Origin: Gemmatimonadaceae bacterium
GTDB lineage: Bacteria; Gemmatimonadota; Gemmatimonadetes; Gemmatimonadales; Gemmatimonadaceae
Direction of reading: 5' to 3'
Assembly (NCBI GenBank): GCA_051859245.1
Contig: JBHYGA010000005.1
Coordinates: 192,001 to 256,000 of the forward strand
DNA length: 64,000 bases
Each line of letters begins with the position of its first letter. The first letter of the stretch is position 1. Shown here one piece after another: positions 1 to 9,696 of the stretch. The position numbers and the translations under genes were made by a program. Below the pieces are notes generated by a model that saw nothing but the letters and a program-made list of their open reading frames with translations, made no database searches and was not told where the DNA came from.

Positions 1-484
1 CGCGCTTGAGTGCGTCACCCAGGTTTGCGTCAGGGAATCGTCCGATCTGGTCGGCGGCGATAACGTTGGTCACGTTCGCTGCATTCTTCTGCTGATTGAG
101 CGCCGAAGCCTGTCCCGAGCGCGTTGCCACGACCGCTACAGTGCCAAGCACGTTCTCCTGCGTCTTGATGCGGAACGTGATCGACATCGTGCCACGATCC
201 GTTACCGAAATGCGATTGGTCAGCGGCGCGTAACCGATGTAACGAGTGGTAACGTCGTACGCACCCGCGGGCACGCCCGTCATGACAAACCGTCCCGTGC
301 GATCACTGAATACCTCACGGTTCAGCGACGCAATGCGCACCGACGCGCCCGTGATCGCGAGTCCGTTGCCGTCATCGACAACGAGGCCGGTGATGACACC
401 CTGCGCAGCGGCGGGTGTGGCGAAAGCAAGCAGCATCGTGGTAACGATCGCCGACAGCTTGTGAAGTAGTTTGCGTCGTGGCAT
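1..484 (-). CDS. TonB-dependent receptor, N-terminal part (runs off the window start)
   Basis: Manual translation from the ATG at 484: signal peptide MPRRKLLHKLSAIVTTMLLAFATPAAA, a carboxypeptidase-regulatory-like domain (GVITGLVVD..GRFVMTGVPAGAYDV..YIGY) and the plug motif ASALNQQKNAANVTNVIAADQIGRFPDANLGDALKR. Not in the ORF track because it is truncated. Confidence 0.85.
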   Translation of the reverse strand, partial: MPRRKLLHKLSAIVTTMLLAFATPAAAQGVITGLVVDDGNGLAITGASVRIASLNREVFSDRTGRFVMTGVPAGAYDVTTRYIGYAPLTNRISVTDRGTMSITFRIKTQENVLGTVAVVATRSGQASALNQQKNAANVTNVIAADQIGRFPDANLGDALKR

Positions 485-657
485 GGAAAGCACGGGGTGG
501 GTTGGGGGTACTGCGAAGGGTCCGCGGAACCTCAAGTCCCAAAGGTGCCGTTACTACGTCACTAGCTTGTCCGTGCCACGTCACGGCTGTGTATCGGTGA
601 TTTTTCGCACACGCGTCCCCCGCCTCCACGCGGTTCACTCCTTTTCTGAAGAGAGCC

Positions 658-1350
658 ATGTCCCGTCCCACTGCACTCATCACCGGCGCCTCACGCGGCA
701 TTGGCCGAGCGATTGCCATCGCACTTGCGCCCACGCATGACCTCACGCTCACCGCGCGCGACGTCAACTCGTTGAACGAGGTCGCGGTGGCGTGCACCGC
801 GCTCAATGCCACGTGCACCACGGTGCCGCTCGATCTTCGCGATCCCGCCGCGATTGCCTCGGCGCTCACGGGCCATGCGCCCGATGTGTTGATCAACAAT
901 GCCGGCCTGGCCGTGATGAAGCCGTTTCTTGAACTCACGCCCGACGAGTGGCAGTCACAAGTGGACGTGAACGTCAACGCACTCTATCACGTGACACGCG
1001 CGGTGCTGCCGGCCATGGTGGCGCGCGGAAGCGGCCATGTGATCACGATCGGTTCGCTGGCCGGCCGCAATACCTTCGTGGGGGGCAGCTGCTACAGCGG
1101 CACCAAGCACTTCGTGATGGGATTCACCGATTCGCTCATGCTCGAAGTGCGCGATGCCGGTGTGAAGGTGTCGGTGGTGATGCCCGGCTCCGTGGATACG
1201 GAGCTGTTCCCCGAGGGAACGGACCGCTCGTGGATGCTCGAGGCATCCGATGTGGCTGAAGTGGTCGCGCACATGGTGGCCACGCCGGCCCACGCGCTGC
1301 AGGCGCGGGTTGAGGTGCGTCCCCTGTCACCGAAACGGCCACGCCGGTAA
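658..1350 (+). CDS. Short-chain dehydrogenase/reductase (SDR)
   Basis: TGASRGIG Rossmann motif, NNAG, catalytic YSGTK (YxxxK), PGSVDT. Confidence 0.93.
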   Translation: MSRPTALITGASRGIGRAIAIALAPTHDLTLTARDVNSLNEVAVACTALNATCTTVPLDLRDPAAIASALTGHAPDVLINNAGLAVMKPFLELTPDEWQSQVDVNVNALYHVTRAVLPAMVARGSGHVITIGSLAGRNTFVGGSCYSGTKHFVMGFTDSLMLEVRDAGVKVSVVMPGSVDTELFPEGTDRSWMLEASDVAEVVAHMVATPAHALQARVEVRPLSPKRPRR

Positions 1351-1359
1351 ATTGGAGGG

Positions 1360-1698
1360 ATGCACCAGCAAAGCGCCCGCACTCTGCAAGACGTTCGCAC
1401 CACGATTGCGCCGGAGGCGGTCATCGCGGCCGCCACGGCCTTCTTTTCGCGCCGGAACGCCATCTATTCCGCGTTTCTCGAAACGGAGGGTCCGGGTTGG
1501 GCCACATACCGTGGACAGGGCGGGGAAGAGATCGCCATTGGCGCGCAGGTGGCCGTGGACGGACACACGCGCGTGACGGGGTCGAGTTACATGTTCGATC
1601 AACAGGTGGCGCGTTTCTTGTCCACCTTGCCGCCGGCACCACCGTTGCCGGTGTTGCAGGCCCTGCCCGCCGGTGAAGGCGGCGAGGCCTCCGCGTGA
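1360..1698 (+). CDS. Hypothetical small alpha/beta protein
   Basis: GGAGG RBS directly upstream; stop overlaps the next start (GTGA). Confidence 0.75.
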   Translation: MHQQSARTLQDVRTTIAPEAVIAAATAFFSRRNAIYSAFLETEGPGWATYRGQGGEEIAIGAQVAVDGHTRVTGSSYMFDQQVARFLSTLPPAPPLPVLQALPAGEGGEASA

Positions 1699-2021
1699 CG
1701 GCGCCGTTCGTGACACAGCTGCGCACCCGGGGCGCGACCATTGAGCTGAGCGCTGGTGCGAGCGATGCGTTTCTGATTCGGGCGCAAGTACACGAGGCGT
1801 GGGATGCGGTGCGAGTGCTCGTGACCGCTTCAACCACGATTCACGCCGTCAAGCGCGCCGCGCTCCACGCGCTGATTCATGAGGGCGACAATTCCGACGC
1901 GTATGTTGTAAAGGTGCGCGGCACGGAAGTCCATGACGAATCGCAGCCGCTGTCCGCGAGCGCGGTTCGCGCGGGAACCACCGTGTTTGTGCACGCGCGA
2001 CGTCGTCGCGTGATTCGCTAA
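1695..2021 (+). CDS. Putative ubiquitin-like (beta-grasp; YukD/EsaB-like) protein
   Basis: Pattern FLIRAQV / AVRVLV / STTIHAVKRAALHAL / AYVVKVRGTEV / DESQPLSASAVRAGTTVFV follows ubiquitin topology; no C-terminal GG. Fold judged by eye only. Confidence 0.6.
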   Translation: MTAPFVTQLRTRGATIELSAGASDAFLIRAQVHEAWDAVRVLVTASTTIHAVKRAALHALIHEGDNSDAYVVKVRGTEVHDESQPLSASAVRAGTTVFVHARRRRVIR

Positions 2022-2036
2022 GCAACGCGCGTCGGA

Positions 2037-3044
2037 ATGTCCGCGTCCGGTGAGAAGGAGCAGCAGGAACTCGTAGCGGTTGTTGATGCGGTACGGCGCG
2101 AAATTGCGCGACGCGTGGTGGGGCAGTCGGTTGTTGTGGATCAAATCCTCATGGCGATTGCCGCTGGTGGACACGCACTGCTCGTTGGCGTGCCCGGTCT
2201 CGCGAAAACGCTCATGATCCGCACGCTGTCAGACTCGATGCATCTGGCGTTCCGTCGCATCCAGTTCACACCGGATCTCGTGCCCAGTGATATCACAGGC
2301 ACCGAACTGCTCGAAGAAGACGCGCACGGCCATCGGGCCTTCCGTTTCGTGCAGGGTCCGATCTTTGCGAATATCGTACTGGCCGATGAAATCAATCGAG
2401 CCCCACCGCGCACGCAGGCGGCGTTGCTCGAAGCCATGCAGGAGCACAGCGTGACGGCGGCCGGTGATACCATGCGCTTGCCGGAACCGTTTTTTGTGCT
2501 CGCCACACAAAATCCGATCGAACAGGAAGGCACGTATCCGCTGCCCGAAGCGCAGCTCGATCGCTTTCTCTTCGACATTCGGGTTGGTTATCCGTCGGCC
2601 AGTGAAGAGGTGGAGATTCTTCGTGCGACGACGGGACGCACGTCGGCACCGCCCGAGGCTGTGATGGATGCGAACGCCGTGATCGCGTTGCAACGCGGCG
2701 TGCGTGATGTTGTCGTTGCCGATACGGTGTTGCACTACGCGGCGTCGCTCGTGCGTGCCACGCGCCCGGACAGCGCGGACGCACCGCCGCTCGTCAAACA
2801 GTACGTGCGATGGGGCGCCGGCCCGCGCGCGGGACAGGCACTCATACTCGGCGCCAAAGCGGCCGCGTATCTCGATGGACGCGTGGCGGTGGCGCCGAGT
2901 GATGTGCAACGCGTGGCGCACCCTGTACTGCGCCATCGCGTGCTGCCAAACTTTGCCGCGGAGGCTGATGGCATGACGTCTGAACCAGTTGTCGACGCAC
3001 TGCTCACACATGTATCGCCGCCGTCAAGCCGTTTGCCGGCCTGA
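2037..3044 (+). CDS. moxR: MoxR-family AAA+ ATPase
   Basis: GVPGLAKT Walker A, RIQFTPDLVPSDITG, LADEINRAPPRTQAALLEAMQE, ATQNPIEQEGTYPLPEAQLDRF. Confidence 0.96.
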   Translation: MSASGEKEQQELVAVVDAVRREIARRVVGQSVVVDQILMAIAAGGHALLVGVPGLAKTLMIRTLSDSMHLAFRRIQFTPDLVPSDITGTELLEEDAHGHRAFRFVQGPIFANIVLADEINRAPPRTQAALLEAMQEHSVTAAGDTMRLPEPFFVLATQNPIEQEGTYPLPEAQLDRFLFDIRVGYPSASEEVEILRATTGRTSAPPEAVMDANAVIALQRGVRDVVVADTVLHYAASLVRATRPDSADAPPLVKQYVRWGAGPRAGQALILGAKAAAYLDGRVAVAPSDVQRVAHPVLRHRVLPNFAAEADGMTSEPVVDALLTHVSPPSSRLPA

Positions 3045-3110
3045 CTCGCCTCGGGGCGGACGGTGTGATGCGTTGACCCGTAGAATGTCAACGCGCGCGC
3101 GGAGTGTGCG

Positions 3111-4061
3111 ATGACAACGCTGACTGAGCCATTGGTTCTCGGTCCGCTGCTCGACGCGCTGCGCGGCGTGAAGTGGCCGGCTCGCGAACGGGTGCGCGCT
3201 GGATTGCCTGGAACGCATCGCGCTTCGCAACGCGGCACCACGGGTGAGTTCACAGAGTTCCGCGCGTATCGACAAGGCGACGATCCACGGCGCATCGACT
3301 GGCGTTTGCTCGCGCGCAGCGATCGTGCGTACGTACGCATTACCGACGAGCGCGCGTGGTGGCCCACCTGGATTCTTGTGGATGCGTCGGCATCCATGGC
3401 GTTTCCGAACGCGGATCACGCACGAAGTCGGATCCCGCGTGACGCGAACGCGCGAGACGCGAACGCGCGTGACAAGTGGACGATGGCACGGGCGCTCGCC
3501 ACCGGATTGGCCGCCGTGGCGCATGCCACTGGCGATCCGGTGGGGTTATGGGTCGCGTCACGCCCCGACGGCAGGCGGTTACCGCCGAGAACGCGTCGCG
3601 GCACTGTGCAGGCGATTGCGAACGCGCTCAATGCGGTGGTGCCATCGCATGATGCACCACTCGCCCCCCTGCTCGCGCGCGTGCCTGCGGGTGTGCGCGT
3701 GGTCCTGATCACCGATGCATTGGGTGATGCGGATGCCATGCTCTCCGCGGTGGCTCGGGCCGGCGCGGCCGGCAGTGATGTGACGGTGGTGCACTTGGTG
3801 CATCCGCTGGAGATTACACCGCCCGATGGGGTGTGGCGCTTCGTTGATCCGGAGTCGTTGCAGGTACAGCGCGCGTTCGGTGCGAGTTCTCGCGAGGAAT
3901 ACAGCACAACCTTTCAGTTGTGGCGTACGGAGTTCGCTCGGCGCTGTCTGGCCGCGGGCGCACGGCACCTCGAGGTTGTGTGTAGCGAGGACGCTTCGCG
4001 TGCCGTCCGTCGCGTTGCGGGTTCCCGCACTGCGGGATCTGCTGCGGGGAGCGGCGCGTGA
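3111..4061 (+). CDS. DUF58 (vWA-like) protein
   Basis: GEFTEFRAYRQGDDPRRIDWR and LVDASASM motifs; follows moxR. Confidence 0.92.
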   Translation: MTTLTEPLVLGPLLDALRGVKWPARERVRAGLPGTHRASQRGTTGEFTEFRAYRQGDDPRRIDWRLLARSDRAYVRITDERAWWPTWILVDASASMAFPNADHARSRIPRDANARDANARDKWTMARALATGLAAVAHATGDPVGLWVASRPDGRRLPPRTRRGTVQAIANALNAVVPSHDAPLAPLLARVPAGVRVVLITDALGDADAMLSAVARAGAAGSDVTVVHLVHPLEITPPDGVWRFVDPESLQVQRAFGASSREEYSTTFQLWRTEFARRCLAAGARHLEVVCSEDASRAVRRVAGSRTAGSAAGSGA

Positions 4062-5476
4062 CGGTCGCGTATCCGTGGGTGCTGTGGGTCACAGCCGCCG
4101 CTGCGTTCGCGGTCGTTGCCGCGCACTTGCTGTCGGTGTCACGCCCGCCGGAGCTGGCGTTCCCTACGGCAAGATTTGCACCGGAGCGAACGGTACCCGC
4201 GGTGTCGCGCGCGAGCCGACCAACCGATCTCTTGCTCATGCTCCTGCGGTTGTGTGCGGTGGTGTGCGCTGGTATTGCCTTTGCTGGTGTGACAGTTGAT
4301 CGGTCACCCGAGTCGGTGCTCACGGTGATTGCGATTGACGATCGCGTAGTGGCGGACACTGCGGCGTTGCGCAGCGGACTCGCTGCGGTTGCACGCGACG
4401 CTCGGCGCGACAATACGCCACTCGTGGGGATCGTCTCACCGTTCGGTACAACTTCACTTGATCGCACGTGGAATGCGGAGACGTCGGCCCTGCCAATCGC
4501 ACCCGTAACTCCGGCTCATCGCAGCACGGTGCCTGCACGTGTCGACGTCTCTGTTTCGCTGAGCGCCTTGTTGTTGCGCACGCGCCGCGCTGCTCCGGAG
4601 TTTGCCATCAACGCAGACTCGATACGTTTGGTCGTGCTCACGGCAACGCGCGGGGCGTTGCCCGAGACGCGAGACGATGCGTTGTCCGCAGTCCGCGCGA
4701 TCTGGCCCGGACGCGTGGAGCCACAGGAGGTCAACGTCGCATCATTAGTGCGGGACTCCACCCGCGCACGAGATGTGGTAACGGTGCGCGCGGCCAATGA
4801 TGATGTGGTGCGCGCCGCGTTCACGCGCTGGGGTGATTTACCGGCCGCTTCCACGCGTGTGCTTCGCGACTCGTTTGGCGGTAACGATTCGGTGGCCGCA
4901 GCAAACGGTGAGGCCGTTGTGTGGTGGGAGCCGGTTGGTGACGTGCGCGCACCCGCTGCGGCGTCCAGCAAAACAACCGAGCTCGCTGCCGCGGAGAGTG
5001 CCGTCGCGGCCGTGGTTGCGAATGGTGTGGCGCTCGTTGCACCACTGCGTCGCACAAAATTGTTGATTGAGGACAGCACCCAGCGCGCGATTGTGTGGTG
5101 GAGCGACGGGACACCCGCGGCAGTAGAGTGGACGGTTGGCGCGGGGTGCGTTCGTGTGGTGGGCTTTGATCCGCCTGCGGGTGACGCACTGCTCAGCGTC
5201 TCGGCGCGCGGTGTGCTGGCGGCACTGATCGCGGAGTGCGGCGAAGGTGCGCGCATGCTTACTGCTACAGGCATGCCGTCGCGCGAAGACTCGATCGCGC
5301 GTGGCCAACAGGATTCGGTGTTGGCCGGTACTGGTCAACTCGCCACGTCTGGTGATCTGCGCGCGTCGCTCCCCGAACCGTTGTCGCCGCTCACGCGGTG
5401 GCTGCTCGTCTTGGCGATCGCACTGATTGCGCTCGAGGCGTTGCTGGCACGCACGCGTGCAGGGGTACCGCAGTGA
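4058..5476 (+). CDS. BatA-like N-terminal double-TM membrane protein
   Basis: PWVLW...AHLLS..RP..FPTARF...DLLLMLLRL BatA signature, C-terminal TM helix, GTGA overlap with DUF58. Confidence 0.8.
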   Translation: MTVAYPWVLWVTAAAAFAVVAAHLLSVSRPPELAFPTARFAPERTVPAVSRASRPTDLLLMLLRLCAVVCAGIAFAGVTVDRSPESVLTVIAIDDRVVADTAALRSGLAAVARDARRDNTPLVGIVSPFGTTSLDRTWNAETSALPIAPVTPAHRSTVPARVDVSVSLSALLLRTRRAAPEFAINADSIRLVVLTATRGALPETRDDALSAVRAIWPGRVEPQEVNVASLVRDSTRARDVVTVRAANDDVVRAAFTRWGDLPAASTRVLRDSFGGNDSVAAANGEAVVWWEPVGDVRAPAAASSKTTELAAAESAVAAVVANGVALVAPLRRTKLLIEDSTQRAIVWWSDGTPAAVEWTVGAGCVRVVGFDPPAGDALLSVSARGVLAALIAECGEGARMLTATGMPSREDSIARGQQDSVLAGTGQLATSGDLRASLPEPLSPLTRWLLVLAIALIALEALLARTRAGVPQ

Positions 5477-7674
5477 GTCCGACGAGCGGCCATACACAGT
5501 TGCCGGCTGCCGGACCGCTCTCGGCGCCCGATGTTCGCACGCGTGTACATGCGTTGCAGCGGGCACTCGTACATACACGCATCCTTCGCACGGTGCTCGT
5601 GGCCGCAGCGGTGTCGCTCGGCGTTCTGCTGGTGCTGCGCACCATGGTTTGGCTGCTGACGCTGATCTCAACCGAGGTCATGTCTGCACCCGCGTGGCCG
5701 TTGCTCTCCGAGGCGGCACCACAAACGATCACCGTGTTGGTGGTGTTTGTGCTGGTGCTTAGGCGTTTGATGGTACGTTGGCAACCAATCACGCCGGTTC
5801 GTGCTGCGCTGTGGTATGAGGAGCGTTATCCGGCGTCGCACGCGGTGGTCACGCTCGTGGAGAACGAAGAGCTCACCGGAAACATTGCCGATCGGCTCGC
5901 CGCGCAGTCGAATATGTCGGGGCACGGCGCACTGCCAGCGAAGCGCGCAGTGCACGAAACGCGCTGGCGCGCGGTCAAGCTACCGCTGTTCACGAGCCTG
6001 ATCGCGCTGATCCTGCTCGTGGTTGTATCGCAACTTCCAACAGCCCCGCAATCCACGGCCTTCGCGCGCGGCGCTGCGACGAGTACGGGCCCAAACGCAA
6101 ACGCAGCGCGCGAATCGCGCCTCGCACGCTGGCGAATTGAAGTCACCCCACCGGCGTACAGTAAACTGCCAACACGCGTGATCACCGACTCCGGTACAGT
6201 GGAGGCGCTCGTTGGCAGCCAGGTGCGCGTTGTTGGTGGCGGCGACACAACCGGCCTGCTGGCCACCTTCACGCCGCGCACCTCGCGCGCATCTGCGCTA
6301 CCGATCGAACGCTATCGTGATGCGGCGGACGAGTGGTCGATCGTGACCCGTGTCTCGACAGCACCTGGAGTCATCAATGTGCGCGACGGCGATGATTCGC
6401 GTCTGCTGGTGATCATTCCGAAAGCCGATTCGCTGCCGCTCGTGCGATTGGCGGCGCCGCTGCGCGACTCGGTCTATCGCGATAGCACCGGTTCACTGTC
6501 GCTCGCCGCCGAGGCTCGCGATGACTACGGTCTTGCATCTGTGGCATTCGAGGTGATTTTCACAAGCGGTGCTGGCGAGCAGTTTACAGCGCGCACGTTA
6601 CGACTGGCCGAACGTACGTTCGGCGGTGCAAGAAGCGGTCGCATTGAGCATGTGCTGTCATTCGCGCAACTCGGCGTGAAATCTGGTGATGTGTTGCATA
6701 TACGCGCAGTTGCGCGCGATCAGCACCCGGTCGCGTCGCGCGAGATGGGCGTGAGCGAAACACGGTCGCTGCGCTTTGCGCGGGCTGAGGAATACGACTC
6801 CGTAGCGGTAGAAGCGGCACCGCCGCCGGCTGTTGATTCATCGCTGCTCTCACAGCGCATGCTGCTTGAGCTCACGATCAAGCTCGACGCACGCCGACCC
6901 AAAATCTCGCGCGATGTCCTGGTGGCTGAATCGCGCAAGCTCGCTACCGAGCAGGCGCGTATCCGTCGCGCCGTGAGTGCCATTGTGTACGCGCGTGTTT
7001 CTGGAGAGGGGGAATCCGAGCATGTGCACTATGAGGGCGACGGGCACGATCACGGACTCACGCTGCAGGAGGGCAAGTTGGTGCCATCATTTGGTGGCAC
7101 GGCCAACGCCGCCGGAACACCTGCACGCGCGAACAACAACGTGTCGGAAGAGTCCGCAATTGTTGCGGTGAACCTGCCGCTGCTCGAAGCCTACAACGCC
7201 ATGTGGGACGCGGGGCGCGCGCTTGAGCAGGCCGATCCTCGTGCGGCGATCCCCCCCATGCGACTCGCGCTCGCGGCCATTCAACGCGCGCGCGCGGCGG
7301 AACGGGTGTATTTGCGCGGACGCGTGCGACCGATTGTGGTGGATCTGGCGCGTGTACGGTTGGCAGGAAAGGATACGGGACAGGATGCACGACGATTGCC
7401 AGGCGCCGCGGTTCCTGATCGCGCGCAGCAGCTCGATACGCGACTCACGCGCGCGGCGTATGCACTCACCACGAACGCCACGGCTGCCCGGGATTCGCTG
7501 GTCGTGTTGCGACTCGATGCGCTCGCTGACGCGCCGGCGTTCTCGCAGGCGCTGGACGCGGTGCTGGTGGCGTTGCGTGACGGGCGTGATGTCACCAACG
7601 CACTCGTAATCGCGCGTCGCACGCTCAGCAGGCCCGCGGTCATACGCGGTGTTTCAGGTTGGAGTGTTCCGTGA
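5473..7674 (+). CDS. Large membrane protein, DUF4175-like, of the MoxR cluster
   Basis: Three N-terminal TM segments, VTPPAYSKL motif, ARDDYGL Ig-like motif, helical C-terminus. Start set at GTG 5473, which overlaps the upstream stop. Confidence 0.7.
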   Translation: MSPTSGHTQLPAAGPLSAPDVRTRVHALQRALVHTRILRTVLVAAAVSLGVLLVLRTMVWLLTLISTEVMSAPAWPLLSEAAPQTITVLVVFVLVLRRLMVRWQPITPVRAALWYEERYPASHAVVTLVENEELTGNIADRLAAQSNMSGHGALPAKRAVHETRWRAVKLPLFTSLIALILLVVVSQLPTAPQSTAFARGAATSTGPNANAARESRLARWRIEVTPPAYSKLPTRVITDSGTVEALVGSQVRVVGGGDTTGLLATFTPRTSRASALPIERYRDAADEWSIVTRVSTAPGVINVRDGDDSRLLVIIPKADSLPLVRLAAPLRDSVYRDSTGSLSLAAEARDDYGLASVAFEVIFTSGAGEQFTARTLRLAERTFGGARSGRIEHVLSFAQLGVKSGDVLHIRAVARDQHPVASREMGVSETRSLRFARAEEYDSVAVEAAPPPAVDSSLLSQRMLLELTIKLDARRPKISRDVLVAESRKLATEQARIRRAVSAIVYARVSGEGESEHVHYEGDGHDHGLTLQEGKLVPSFGGTANAAGTPARANNNVSEESAIVAVNLPLLEAYNAMWDAGRALEQADPRAAIPPMRLALAAIQRARAAERVYLRGRVRPIVVDLARVRLAGKDTGQDARRLPGAAVPDRAQQLDTRLTRAAYALTTNATAARDSLVVLRLDALADAPAFSQALDAVLVALRDGRDVTNALVIARRTLSRPAVIRGVSGWSVP

Positions 7675-8375
7675 ACGATCAGACGATTGTCCACCGCGCC
7701 TCTGGCGCTCGCGCGCCCCGCGCCTCCGCGCCCCGCGCCTCCGCGCGCCGCGACTCCGCCGCTGCCGAACCGTTTGTGTTCGCCACCGCGCAGTACGAGT
7801 CGGGGGACTGGGACAGCGCGCCCTCGCTGCCGGGGAACCTGATTGACTCGGTTGCGCGGTACACGTCGCTCCCAGTGGCACCACAGGGTGTGGCGGTGGC
7901 GCTCGCGTCGGAAGATGCGCTGCGATATCCGCTGCTCTTTCTCACGGGCCATTTACCGGTGCGATTTACGCCGCAGGAAGGACGGGTGTTGCAGCGCTAT
8001 GTCGAGCGTGGTGGTCTGTTGTTTATCGATGATCACAACCATGATATCGACGGGGCGTTTCACAAAACGGCGACTGAAGAAGTGGCGCGCCTCATTGCAC
8101 CGCTCGCGCCGCTGCGCAACAATCACCCGCTCTATACGTCGTTCTTTCGTTTCGAAGACGGACCGCCAACCACCAGTCACGAGCTCAATGGGTGGGGCGA
8201 CAATCTGGTGCATGAGCAGTTGCTCGCCGTGTTGCGCAACGATCGCATCAGCGTGCTGTACAGCAACAAGGACTACAGCTCGGAGTGGAACTTCCATCCC
8301 GACAACAAGCGCTTCATGGGCGTTGATCCCACTCGATTCGGTGTGAATCTCGTGGTCTACGCACTCACGCATTGA
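7671..8375 (+). CDS. DUF4159 protein
   Basis: FVFATAQYESGDWD, YPLLFLTGH, YVERGGLLFIDD, HPLYTSFF, GVNLVVYALTH; GTGA overlap. Confidence 0.88.
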   Translation: MNDQTIVHRASGARAPRASAPRASARRDSAAAEPFVFATAQYESGDWDSAPSLPGNLIDSVARYTSLPVAPQGVAVALASEDALRYPLLFLTGHLPVRFTPQEGRVLQRYVERGGLLFIDDHNHDIDGAFHKTATEEVARLIAPLAPLRNNHPLYTSFFRFEDGPPTTSHELNGWGDNLVHEQLLAVLRNDRISVLYSNKDYSSEWNFHPDNKRFMGVDPTRFGVNLVVYALTH

Positions 8376-8382
8376 GCCACTG

Positions 8383-9696
8383 ATGCGCGTTTGGCTGGAA
8401 CGGATGCTGCGCGCAACCGCGATGGTCGCGCTTTTCTACGCGTGGTGGCTCACGGGGCGTGCCGACACACGCAGTGCAGCACCGGCACCACTCACAGCCG
8501 ACACAGCCACCGCCCTCAGCGCGACGCAGCTCGCGCAAACGCTGGCCGATCCGATGCGGCAGCAGCTGCACGTGCCGATATCTACCATCCCTGATGCGGC
8601 ATCACGCGCCGTGCTGCATGCGGCGCAACGTGCGGGTGTTGCCGTGACATGGCAATCACGCGACACGATTCCTGCGGTGGCGATATCGGCGTTGGCATTG
8701 GCCGATCCGGCCGGTGGTACCGTGCTGCATGTGGTCGCGCGCGATTCGGCACCTCTGTCCCTCGCGGATTCTGTGGGCTGGCTCGACAGCGCCCGCACTG
8801 AGCGCGGTGGTGTCTCGTGGACACTGCCCGGATCACGCGGTGCGTATGCCGTCTCTCATGAACGCATTACCGCGCGCGTCATCCGGTCCGACTCTGCTTC
8901 GCTTGGTCGCGTTCGCTTGTTTGCCGCGCCAGGCTGGGAAGCGCGATTTGCCATGCGCGCGCTTGAAGAATCCGGCTGGAGTGTTGATGCCGCGTTTTCC
9001 ATCGCGCCGCGCGCGGTTGTCACTGCCGGTTCACTCAGTACACTTGATACGACTACGTATGCCGCCGTGATTGCACTCGACAGCTCTTCGTGGACCCACG
9101 CGGCCGCGATCGAACGTTTTGTGCGAAGCGGCGGCGGGTTGGTGCTCTTTGCGGACGCCGCACGAGGCAGCAGCATGCGCGCGCTTCGCGCCGGCGAGTC
9201 GGTCACGCGCCTCGCGGGTGTGCCGGGCGCGCTGCAAACCGCCGCGCCACGAGAAGGGCTCGCGCTCTCTCCGATCTCCTCACTCGCCGCCAACGCCGTT
9301 GCGATCGAACGGAGCGCGCGGGCCGGTGCACCGTTGGCCATCGCGGCACGTGTAGTCGGCGTGGGTCGCGTGTTGCAGGTGGGTTACGCAAACACATGGG
9401 AATGGCGCATGCTTGGCGCGGATGGCGCGCCGGCCGATCACCGTGCGTGGTGGCAATCGTTGTTGCATCGCACGGCATTTGTGTCGCACAAGGGCGGCGA
9501 GGTGTATACGGCCTTTCCGGGGGACGCGGCCCCGTTGGCTGATCTCGTGGCGCGTGTAGGGCCCCCCGGCGCGCCGCGAGCTTCGGAGTTCGCAAGCTCT
9601 CTGTTGCCGACCGCGCCACCGGTCTGGTTGTTCGTGCTGGCCGCCTTCGCGCTACTCGCCGCATGGTGGTCACGCCGCCTCAGAGGTGCACGATGA
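8383..9696 (+). CDS. Membrane-anchored protein with a class I glutamine-amidotransferase-like domain
   Basis: N- and C-terminal TM segments; WEARFAMRALE, FVRSGGGLVL, GVGRVLQVGYANTWEWRM. Confidence 0.65.
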   Translation: MRVWLERMLRATAMVALFYAWWLTGRADTRSAAPAPLTADTATALSATQLAQTLADPMRQQLHVPISTIPDAASRAVLHAAQRAGVAVTWQSRDTIPAVAISALALADPAGGTVLHVVARDSAPLSLADSVGWLDSARTERGGVSWTLPGSRGAYAVSHERITARVIRSDSASLGRVRLFAAPGWEARFAMRALEESGWSVDAAFSIAPRAVVTAGSLSTLDTTTYAAVIALDSSSWTHAAAIERFVRSGGGLVLFADAARGSSMRALRAGESVTRLAGVPGALQTAAPREGLALSPISSLAANAVAIERSARAGAPLAIAARVVGVGRVLQVGYANTWEWRMLGADGAPADHRAWWQSLLHRTAFVSHKGGEVYTAFPGDAAPLADLVARVGPPGAPRASEFASSLLPTAPPVWLFVLAAFALLAAWWSRRLRGAR

